64,000 nucleotides of DNA from Betaproteobacteria bacterium HGW-Betaproteobacteria-16. Lineage in GTDB: Bacteria > Pseudomonadota > Gammaproteobacteria > Burkholderiales > Burkholderiaceae_C. The notes under the pieces are model-generated. The model was not told the origin of the DNA. It ran no database searches and was given only the letters and a program-made list of their open reading frames with translations. The DNA is taken from NCBI GenBank assembly GCA_002840835.1, contig PHCQ01000020.1, positions 12,541 through 76,540 on the forward strand. The letters are read 5' to 3'. Below are positions 56,559 to 64,000 of the stretch, piece after piece (within the stretch, counting starts at the first letter, position 1; the number at the start of each line of letters is the position of its first letter). Made by a program: the position numbers and the translations under genes.

Positions 56559-57101
56559 ATGAACAAAGTGCGCCACCTCGCTCTTGCCACCGGCCTCGCA
56601 GGCCTGATCGCAGCACCTGCCGCGCAGGCGCAGTCCGTGTACGGTGAGCTGGGCTATTCCGCCTTGTCTGCGAGCGTGTCGGTGCCCGTGCTGGGCGTGT
56701 CGGTCAAGTCAGAGCCGGCCATGGCCCGCGCCATGATCGGCATCTCGCCATTTGCAGGGCTGGGCGTGGAGGGCATGATCGGTACCGGTGTGCGCGATGA
56801 CGGCCTGCGCGGCAACGTGGCGATTGACTCCCGGGTCAAGGTGGACGAATTTCTGGGCGTCTACCTCGCGTCGCGCCTGAACCTGGGTCCGGTGGAGCTG
56901 TTTGGTCGGGCCGGCGTGGCCGAAACCCGGGTGCGCTTCGAAGGGCTGGGCACAGGCAGCGACAGTGGTTTTTCCTACGGTGCCGGTGTGCGCCTGCTGC
57001 CCACCGACAGCCTCACCCTCAGCCTGGATTACATGAACTACCTCGACAAGAGCGGCGTGAAGATCGACGGCTACACGCTCAGCCTCGGCCTGAAGTTCTG
57101 A
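56559..57101 (+). CDS. Small outer-membrane beta-barrel protein
   Basis: Signal peptide ending AQA-Q, alternating strands, SYGAG, C-terminal Phe. Confidence 0.85.
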   Translation: MNKVRHLALATGLAGLIAAPAAQAQSVYGELGYSALSASVSVPVLGVSVKSEPAMARAMIGISPFAGLGVEGMIGTGVRDDGLRGNVAIDSRVKVDEFLGVYLASRLNLGPVELFGRAGVAETRVRFEGLGTGSDSGFSYGAGVRLLPTDSLTLSLDYMNYLDKSGVKIDGYTLSLGLKF

Positions 57102-57116
57102 GGCTCGGCCTGCCAA

Positions 57117-57303
57117 GGTGGGTAGCGCGAAGCGCATCGGTGCTCCCACGTACTTCCGGCGCGAAATGCTTCATCCAGCGACACCGAAGATCCGGCTTTG
57201 CCGGTCCGAAGGTGTGCCCCCTTGAGGGGGTAGCGCGAAGCGCTGCGGGGGTGTGCCTCAACCCGCCCCCTTGAGGGGGTGACGCGAAGCGGCGCGGGGG
57301 TGT
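57117..57303 (-). repeat. Structured intergenic repeat copy F (composite, duplicated hairpin module)
   Basis: Two CCCCCGC..CTTCGCG..CCCCCTCAAGGGG modules then CACC..CCGGCAAAGCCGG..GGTG; abuts the M61 stop codon. Confidence 0.9.
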
Positions 57304-59142
57304 TTACTTCGCCATCCAGGGCTTCAACCTGGCCGTCTCGCCCACCTGCAACCGCACCGTGTGCGACTCGGTGGGCCAGGTCAACTTGCAGCGCAGCAGT
57401 CGCTTGTCGCGAGCGATCAGGGCCGTGAGCTGCTCTCGCCGCCCTCTGAGTCCGGCCACGTCGTCCAGCTTGTGCACCCGCCAGGCCTCGGCGGCCTGAC
57501 CGCGCTTGGCGGGCGCGAACTCCACACCCAGCCATTCGTCGCCAGCGGCCATGCCGGCCGCCTCGGCGGCCCCGCCGCGCAGCACCGTCTTCAGGGCAAT
57601 GCCGTCTTTTTCGGTGACACGCAGGCCCAGCTGCTGTGCCAGCGGCGCCTTTTCTTCCTTGGCCTTGGCGCCGTGGGCTTCCAGCAGAGCCACCACCGGC
57701 AGATCGGTGGTCCCGTGCACCCAGTCGCGCAATTCCCTCTCGAAACTGCGTTTGCCCAGTCGCTTGAGCGCACGAGCGATGTCGGCCTCGCGGATGGGGC
57801 CGCCTTCGCTGCGCTGCCAGAGTTCGCGCATCACGGCGTCGAGGTGGCTGTGCCCTTCGCTGCGCAGGGTGAGGTCCAGACACAGCGCCACCAGCGATCC
57901 CTTGGTGTAGTAGCTGACCGTGGCGTTGGGCGTGTTTTCGCCCATGCGGTAGTACTTCACCCAGGCGTCGAAACTGGCCTGCGCCACGCTCTGGACCTGG
58001 CGACCAGGGGTCTGGTGTACCTGGTTGATGGTCTTGGCGATCAGGTTCAGATAGGCCGCGTCATCGATCAAGCCGGCGCGGCGCAGCATCAGGTCGTCGT
58101 AGTAGCTGGTGAAGCCTTCGAAGAACCACAGCAGTTCGGTGTAGTTCTCCCCGGTGTAGTCGTAGCGTTTGAACTCGGCCGGGCGCAGCCGCTTCACGTT
58201 CCAGGTGTGAAAGTACTCGTGGCTGATCAGACCCAGCAGGGTGGTGTAGCCGTCGGTGGCCTTCAGTGCGGGCACGGGGGTGGGGGGCGCTACGGTCAGC
58301 CGAGGCAAGTCGCTGCGCTCACAGATCAATGCCGTGGAATTTCGGTGCTCCAGCCCGCCGTAGCCGTCGGCGCTGGCGTACAGCATGAACAGGTAGTTTT
58401 GGAACGGTGGTGCCTGGTCGCCATGCCAGAACGCGATCTGGGTTTCGCAGATGCGCTGTGTGTCGGCCAGCAGCCGATCAAAGTCCACCCATGCGCCTGC
58501 ACCACTCACCACAAAACGGTGAGGCACACCGTGGGCGACGAACTCGCCGCTCCAGAAGTGGCCCATTTCAAAAGGACAATCGGCCAGTTCGTCGTAGTGC
58601 GCGGCCTCGTACCGGCCGAAGCCAGCCGCGTCCACATCGACCGATGACAAACCAGTGGCGACCTGCCACCCGCTCGTGAATGCACCGGGCTCCACCCCCA
58701 CCGTGTGGGGCTGGTCTTCCTGGCCAGCCACGCGCAGGCACAGGCTGGTGGCGTTGAAGAAACCCCGGTTGGCATCCAGGTAGGCGGTGCGCACCGAGGC
58801 GTCGAAGGCGTAGACCTCGTAGTGCAGTTCCAGCGGCTGGCCGGGCACCGCTGAGATCTCCCACTGATGCTTGTCGATCTGCCGTACCGGCACGGGCTCT
58901 GCGCCCTGGATCGCTTGCAGGTGCTGCAGGTGTTGCGAGAACTCGCGCACCAGGTAGCTGCCCGGGATCCACACCGGCAGACCCACCCGCTGGCGCGCTG
59001 CGGGCTGGTCGATGGTCAGCGTGATGGCGAACAGGTGCGCATGGGCGTTGAGCACAGAGATTCGGTAGCTCAGTGTCGGCGCCGCTGACGCGCGCCTGTT
59101 TTTGCGGGCTGACGCGGCGGAGGCACGTTTGGACAGGGTCAT
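57304..59142 (-). CDS. M61 glycyl aminopeptidase family protein with PDZ-like C-terminus
   Basis: PVWIPGSY, GGLEHRNS, SHEYFHTWNVKR, WFFEGFTSYY, SYYTKG; start approximate. Confidence 0.93.
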   Translation of the reverse strand: MTLSKRASAASARKNRRASAAPTLSYRISVLNAHAHLFAITLTIDQPAARQRVGLPVWIPGSYLVREFSQHLQHLQAIQGAEPVPVRQIDKHQWEISAVPGQPLELHYEVYAFDASVRTAYLDANRGFFNATSLCLRVAGQEDQPHTVGVEPGAFTSGWQVATGLSSVDVDAAGFGRYEAAHYDELADCPFEMGHFWSGEFVAHGVPHRFVVSGAGAWVDFDRLLADTQRICETQIAFWHGDQAPPFQNYLFMLYASADGYGGLEHRNSTALICERSDLPRLTVAPPTPVPALKATDGYTTLLGLISHEYFHTWNVKRLRPAEFKRYDYTGENYTELLWFFEGFTSYYDDLMLRRAGLIDDAAYLNLIAKTINQVHQTPGRQVQSVAQASFDAWVKYYRMGENTPNATVSYYTKGSLVALCLDLTLRSEGHSHLDAVMRELWQRSEGGPIREADIARALKRLGKRSFERELRDWVHGTTDLPVVALLEAHGAKAKEEKAPLAQQLGLRVTEKDGIALKTVLRGGAAEAAGMAAGDEWLGVEFAPAKRGQAAEAWRVHKLDDVAGLRGRREQLTALIARDKRLLRCKLTWPTESHTVRLQVGETARLKPWMAK

Positions 59143-59232
59143 GGCAGGAGGTTCAGAGTGCACGAGTGCCCATACAGCCGCTCGGCGATGCGACGGTCAG
59201 TGGGTATGGGGAAAGAGGCCGACCTCAGCCTC

Positions 59233-59946
59233 TCAGGGCTTGGCAGTGGCGAGCGCCTGTTCGATACGGTCTGCGCCCACCGCGCCGGGCACGCGGCTGC
59301 CGTCCACAAAAAAGCTGGCCGGCGTGCCAGTGATGCGGTACTTGCGTCCGAATTCGACGTTGCGTTCCAGCGCGGCGACGTCGCATTTGGCTGGGGCAGG
59401 CGTCACGTTACGCACCATCCAGTCCAGAAAGACCTTGCCCTTGTCCTTGGCGCACCAGATGTTGCGCGACTTGTCTGCCGAGTCGGGGCCCAGGATGGGG
59501 TAGAGGAACACGTGCACGGTCACGTCGTCGACGGTGAGCAGATCGCGTTCGAAGCGCTTGCAGAAACTGCAGTTGGGGTCTTCGAACACCGCCATCTGAC
59601 GGGTGCCTTTGCCGCGCACGATGGTGAACGCATCCTTCAAAGGAAGGTCCTTGAAGGCGATGGAAGTCAGGCGGTCCATGCGCTGGGCGGTGAGGTCGAC
59701 CCGCGCCTGCGTATCGATGAGCGAGCCCTGGATGAGGAAGTTGCCCTGGGCATCGGTGTAGAAGATCTCGCTCTCGTTGACCCGTACCTCAAACAGACCG
59801 TTCATGGGCGTCTTGCTGATTTCGTCGATCCTGGGCAGGTTGGGCAGGCGTTCGGTGAGGTTCTTGCGAATGGTGGCTTCCTGCGCCAGCGCGCCAAAAG
59901 AAACCGCCGCCAGCAGGGTCACCAGGAGGGTCTTGAAGAGAGTCAT
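59233..59946 (-). CDS. dsbC: DsbC family disulfide isomerase
   Basis: Signal peptide, FEDPNCSFCKR, GTP cis-Pro loop. Confidence 0.9.
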   Translation of the reverse strand: MTLFKTLLVTLLAAVSFGALAQEATIRKNLTERLPNLPRIDEISKTPMNGLFEVRVNESEIFYTDAQGNFLIQGSLIDTQARVDLTAQRMDRLTSIAFKDLPLKDAFTIVRGKGTRQMAVFEDPNCSFCKRFERDLLTVDDVTVHVFLYPILGPDSADKSRNIWCAKDKGKVFLDWMVRNVTPAPAKCDVAALERNVEFGRKYRITGTPASFFVDGSRVPGAVGADRIEQALATAKP

Positions 59947-60007
59947 GTACGTGCCCGTTGCCGGGTTCCAGAAAAAGCCAGAAAAGAACAAATAGAGAGC
60001 TTGTGTC

Positions 60008-61177
60008 TCACAGCCCGGCGGCCTGGCGGACCATCCAGTGCTTGAGCGCACCGCTGCGCTCGAATCCCTTCATGCCCCAGTTGCGCAGCGCCTGAACGCG
60101 GCTGTCGTTGTGGGCAAACAGGCTGAACAGGCCGTCTGTCACCCAGCTCATGGCACCCACGTCGGCGGCCCGTGCGCGCTCGTAGCGCCGCAGCAGCTTC
60201 AGGTCGCCCAGTTCGCGCCAGTACTCGCGGCCGTGCAGCACCCTGGCCAGCTCTGCCGCATCAGCCAGGCCCACGTTGAGTCCTTGACCCGCCAGCGGGT
60301 GCATGGCGTGCGCGGCGTCACCCGCCAGCGCCACACTGCCCTGGGGCGTGCGGGCGATCCAGCGCTGCGCTTTCGATAGTTCCAGCGGCCACGCCTGCGG
60401 CGGGCTTTCCAGCGTCATTTGACCCAGCACATCGCCGCAGCGCGACTGCACGGCCTGGGTCAGGTTCTGACCGGCTTCGGCCAGCCAGGCATCTGCCTGC
60501 TGCGTAGGAACAGACCACACCAGCGCCACGGAGTTCCCCTGGGTGCCTTCCAGTGGGAGCAGGGCCATGATCTCGCCGTCCTGAAACCACTCGCGTGCCA
60601 CACCACCGTGGGGCCGTTCACAGCGCAACCGGGCAGCCACTGCCTTGTGAGGGTAAGGGCGTACGTTGAAATCCAGCCCGAGTTCTTCACGTGTCTGGCT
60701 GCGTTTGCCTTCGCAGACCACGGTCAGCGCGGCGGGCGGCGCTTCATGGAAGCGTTCGATGCTGGCCTGAAAGCTGACCGCATCGGCCAGGCGCCGCTCC
60801 AGCGCCGGCACGTCCACGATCCAGGTGAGCGCGTCCAGGTCCTGATCGTGCGCCTCGAAATGCACCGCGCCACCCTGGTCGCCCCAGACGTGCATGCCGC
60901 TCACCGGGGTGACGGTGGTGGGCGATCCGTCCTCGGCCGCTCCAGCTTCCGGCCAGGCGCGCACGGATCGAAGCAGTTCGCGCGACGCGGCGTTGAGGGC
61001 GTAAGCCCTCACATCGGTTCGCGGTGACTGGCCTTGTGGCACAGCCGGTTCCACCAGCGCCACCTTCAGGCGATCGCGCGCCAGCAACAGAGCCAGCGTC
61101 TGTCCCACCACACCGCCCCCACGAATGGTCACGTCAAAACGGCATTGGGAGGCAGGGCGGGAAGAGGGGGATGACAT
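60008..61177 (-). CDS. UbiH/UbiF/VisC family FAD monooxygenase
   Basis: GGGVVG, RAYAL, LAGDAAH.MHPLAGQGLNVG..D, RRYERAR. Confidence 0.9.
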   Translation of the reverse strand: MSSPSSRPASQCRFDVTIRGGGVVGQTLALLLARDRLKVALVEPAVPQGQSPRTDVRAYALNAASRELLRSVRAWPEAGAAEDGSPTTVTPVSGMHVWGDQGGAVHFEAHDQDLDALTWIVDVPALERRLADAVSFQASIERFHEAPPAALTVVCEGKRSQTREELGLDFNVRPYPHKAVAARLRCERPHGGVAREWFQDGEIMALLPLEGTQGNSVALVWSVPTQQADAWLAEAGQNLTQAVQSRCGDVLGQMTLESPPQAWPLELSKAQRWIARTPQGSVALAGDAAHAMHPLAGQGLNVGLADAAELARVLHGREYWRELGDLKLLRRYERARAADVGAMSWVTDGLFSLFAHNDSRVQALRNWGMKGFERSGALKHWMVRQAAGL

Positions 61178-61247
61178 GAGGGGCATTTTAGGAGCAGGGC
61201 ACAATCTGCGATTCATCCTGTTCTTTGGCCCACCCACCGCTGTTGTC

Positions 61248-62147
61248 ATGACCTCTGCCAGTGCCGTTCCCCCATCCGAGATCCAGGCCACCATCGAACA
61301 GCTCTGGATCTATCCCGTGAAGTCCTGTGGCGCCATGGCCATGCCCGAGGCCGAATTGACCGACGCCGGCCTGGCCTGGGACCGCGCCTGGATGGTGGTG
61401 GACGAGGAGGGCGAATTCGTGACACAGCGCGAACTGCCGCGCATGGCCCTGATCACGCCCGCCTTCAAGATGGGGCAACTGGTGCTGCGCGCACCGGGCA
61501 TGCTGGCGCTGCACCTGGCGCTCGATGCCGCCGAATGGCCCGTCAAGGTGCGTGTCTGGGACGATGAAGTGCCCGCCTACGACATGGGTGATCTGGCCGC
61601 GCAGTGGTTCAGCGATTTTCTGGGGCCTGACGCCCCTGCCAACCTCAAGCGCCTGCGACTGGTGCGATTCGACCCCGAGGTGCGCCGCCTGAGCAGCCTG
61701 AAGTGGACGGGCGGACGCGAAGCCACCACCCAGTTTGCCGACGGGTTCGCCATGCTGGTGACCAGCACGGCTTCACTGGCCGACCTCAATGAGCGGCTGG
61801 CAAAGGCGGGTCACCTGCCGGTGGAAATGACCCGCTTTCGTCCCAACATCGTGCTGGGTGGCCTGGAGGCCCACGACGAAGACCGGTTGGGCCCGATGCA
61901 GATCGTCACCGAAACAGGCGTGGCGCGCATCGAGACGGTCAAGCCCTGTTCGCGCTGCCCCATTCCCAATATCGACCCGGCCACGGCCGAGTCCAGCCCG
62001 GCGGTGAGCGACACCTTGCAGGCCTACCGGCAAGACCAGCGCCTGAACGGCGCCATCACCTTCGGCATGAACGCCATCGTGCTCGAAGGCGATGGCCTGA
62101 TCCTGCGTGTGGGCCAGGTGGTGGGCGCTGACTGGAAGTTTGACTGA
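61248..62147 (+). CDS. MOSC domain protein (YcbX/mARC-like)
   Basis: IYPVKSC, DRAWM, FADGF, RFRPNIV, PCSRC. Confidence 0.93.
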   Translation: MTSASAVPPSEIQATIEQLWIYPVKSCGAMAMPEAELTDAGLAWDRAWMVVDEEGEFVTQRELPRMALITPAFKMGQLVLRAPGMLALHLALDAAEWPVKVRVWDDEVPAYDMGDLAAQWFSDFLGPDAPANLKRLRLVRFDPEVRRLSSLKWTGGREATTQFADGFAMLVTSTASLADLNERLAKAGHLPVEMTRFRPNIVLGGLEAHDEDRLGPMQIVTETGVARIETVKPCSRCPIPNIDPATAESSPAVSDTLQAYRQDQRLNGAITFGMNAIVLEGDGLILRVGQVVGADWKFD

Positions 62148-62200
62148 GGCTGGAGGCCACGGCCCGTTGCCCGATGCACGGGTTCAAGGCAGTCAGGTGC

Positions 62201-62875
62201 TCATGATTTGACCGCGAGGTCAGCGGGCCAGCACAGGCGGTGCCCGGTGCCTGCGGCCAGCGCTTCAATGTCGTCCAGCGTGTCCATATCGGTTCGGTAG
62301 TGCTGGTTGGTCGTTACCCAGCGGCAGACCGCTTCCGGATGGGCGGCCTGCCACTGGCGGCAGCCGGCGTTGGTGTCTCCTGACAGGATCTGCTCGCGCA
62401 CCGCTGCACTGAACACCACGGGGTTGCCGGGCAAGCCGTTGACCTGAGGCTGCACCACCTGCGTGTGGGTCGGCCGCTGGTTGTACGCGCCGATCAGGTC
62501 GCTGATGTCCTGTGTGCGGATCAAAGGCTGGTCGGCCAGGGCGACGAGCACGGCGTCGGGCTGTTGCGAGAGCGCACGCAGGCCAATGTGCAGCGAGGTG
62601 TTCTGGCTGGCCTGGGGGTCGGGGTTGCGCACCACCGTGACGGGCAGCGATCCGATCACCGGCGCAATGCGTTCGGCATGGTGGCCGAGCACCACCACCA
62701 GTTCATGCACGCCGGCGTCCAGAAGCGCGCCGATCAGGCGACGGATCAGCGGGGTGCCATCGAGTTCCAGCAGGCACTTGGGCCGGTGGCCCATGCGCGA
62801 ACCGGCGCCAGCAGCGAGCAGCACCGCGCCCACCAGAGGCTGCGGGGCGGCGATGTTGCCAGCGATTGCATTCAT
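62201..62875 (-). CDS. MocA/MobA-like nucleotidyltransferase
   Basis: LLAAGAGSRMG..PK, LADQP, GNPVVF, DMDT..D. Confidence 0.88.
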   Translation of the reverse strand: MNAIAGNIAAPQPLVGAVLLAAGAGSRMGHRPKCLLELDGTPLIRRLIGALLDAGVHELVVVLGHHAERIAPVIGSLPVTVVRNPDPQASQNTSLHIGLRALSQQPDAVLVALADQPLIRTQDISDLIGAYNQRPTHTQVVQPQVNGLPGNPVVFSAAVREQILSGDTNAGCRQWQAAHPEAVCRWVTTNQHYRTDMDTLDDIEALAAGTGHRLCWPADLAVKS

Positions 62876-62994
62876 GGGGATCTCCGCGCGTAGATGAAGG
62901 CGTTCAGGTGGGCGTGAGCAGGCCGCCTCCTGGACGCAGCGTACCCCATTGCCACCCATCGCATACACTGGCGGGCTGTTTTTCGAGGTAATTC

Positions 62995-64000
62995 ATGAGT
63001 CTCCAATGCGGCATCGTGGGCCTGCCCAACGTCGGCAAATCCACGCTATTCAACGCCCTGACCAAGGCCGGCATCGCGGCCGAAAACTACCCGTTCTGCA
63101 CCATCGAGCCGAACACCGGCGTGGTGGAAGTGCCTGACCCGCGTCTGCAGCAGCTCTCGGACATCGTCAAGCCCGAGCGCGTGGTGCCGGCCATCGTGGA
63201 GTTCGTGGACATCGCCGGTCTGGTGGCTGGCGCCAGCACAGGTGAAGGCCTGGGCAACAAGTTCCTGGCGCACATCCGCGAGACCGATGCCATCGTGAAC
63301 GTGGTGCGCTGTTTTGAAGACGACAACGTGATCCACGTGGCCAACAAGGTCGACCCGATCGCCGACATTGAAGTCATCCAGACCGAGCTCTGCCTGGCCG
63401 ATCTGGCCGCGGTGGAAAAGGCCATTCACCGCGTGAGCAAGATCGCCCGTTCCGGCGACAAGGAGGCGGTCAAGCAGCTCGCCATTCTGGAGAAGTGCCA
63501 GACCGCGCTGAACGACACGCAGCCGGTGCGCACCATCGACTTCAGCAAGGAAGAACAGGCCCAGCTCAAACAGTTTTTCCTGATCACCGCCAAGCCCGCC
63601 ATGTTCGTGGCCAACGTGTCCGAAGATGGCTTCGAGAACAACCCGTTCCTGGACCGCCTTCGTGCGTTCGCAGAAAAGCAGAACGCGCCGGTGGTGGCCA
63701 TCTGCGCCAAGATCGAAGCCGAACTGGCCGAGATGGACGACGCCGACCGGCTGGAGTTTCTTCAGGAACTGGGCCAGGACGAACCCGGCTTGAATCGCCT
63801 GATCCGCGCTGCCTACAAGCTGCTGGGCCTGCAGACCTACTTCACCGCCGGCGTGAAGGAAGTTCGTGCCTGGACCATCCACGTGGGCGACACCGGGCCA
63901 CAGGCGGCCGGCGTGATCCACACCGATTTCGAGAAGGGCTACATCCGCGCCCAGACCATCGGCTTTGACGACTTCATCACCTACAAGGGTGAGCAGGGCG
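62995..64000 (+). CDS. ychF: Redox-regulated ATPase YchF (3'-truncated; absent from ORF track)
   Basis: [56 protein letters not shown]. Confidence 0.97.
   Translation, partial: MSLQCGIVGLPNVGKSTLFNALTKAGIAAENYPFCTIEPNTGVVEVPDPRLQQLSDIVKPERVVPAIVEFVDIAGLVAGASTGEGLGNKFLAHIRETDAIVNVVRCFEDDNVIHVANKVDPIADIEVIQTELCLADLAAVEKAIHRVSKIARSGDKEAVKQLAILEKCQTALNDTQPVRTIDFSKEEQAQLKQFFLITAKPAMFVANVSEDGFENNPFLDRLRAFAEKQNAPVVAICAKIEAELAEMDDADRLEFLQELGQDEPGLNRLIRAAYKLLGLQTYFTAGVKEVRAWTIHVGDTGPQAAGVIHTDFEKGYIRAQTIGFDDFITYKGEQG

Noticed and set aside
1-64000. Defence systems, toxin-antitoxin pairs, prophage or horizontally acquired island
   Set aside because: No such genes recognised; composition and codon use look uniform by eye.

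Overview
A GC-rich betaproteobacterial core-chromosome segment; gene order and protein sequences resemble Comamonadaceae (Hydrogenophaga-like; inferred). It holds the end of the dcw cluster (ddl-ftsQAZ-lpxC), ruvC and lipid genes, mtgA, an RNB nuclease, rodA, tldD, DAHP synthase, mpl, accBC-prmA, a histone H1-like repeat protein, nrdAB, ampD-pilRS, ffh, opgGH, a glrK-qseG-glrR-like system, miaB, tRNA-Met, a partial paa cluster, an M61 peptidase, dsbC, a UbiH-family gene and a truncated ychF. I saw no phage, CRISPR array, integrase or transposase. The interest is in the non-coding DNA: (1) a ribosome-mediated attenuator with a Phe/Tyr/Trp leader peptide ahead of DAHP synthase; (2) a sigma54 promoter, IHF site and two perfect GlrR-type boxes linking the GlrK/QseG/GlrR-like system to the periplasmic glucan operon; (3) a six-copy structured repeat family with compensatory changes, always just after a stop codon; (4) a tandem repeat that relays translational coupling; (5) a MITE that rewrote a C-terminus; (6) many apparently leaderless genes. 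All calls were made by eye without database searches, so novelty is unverified and some start codons are my estimates.
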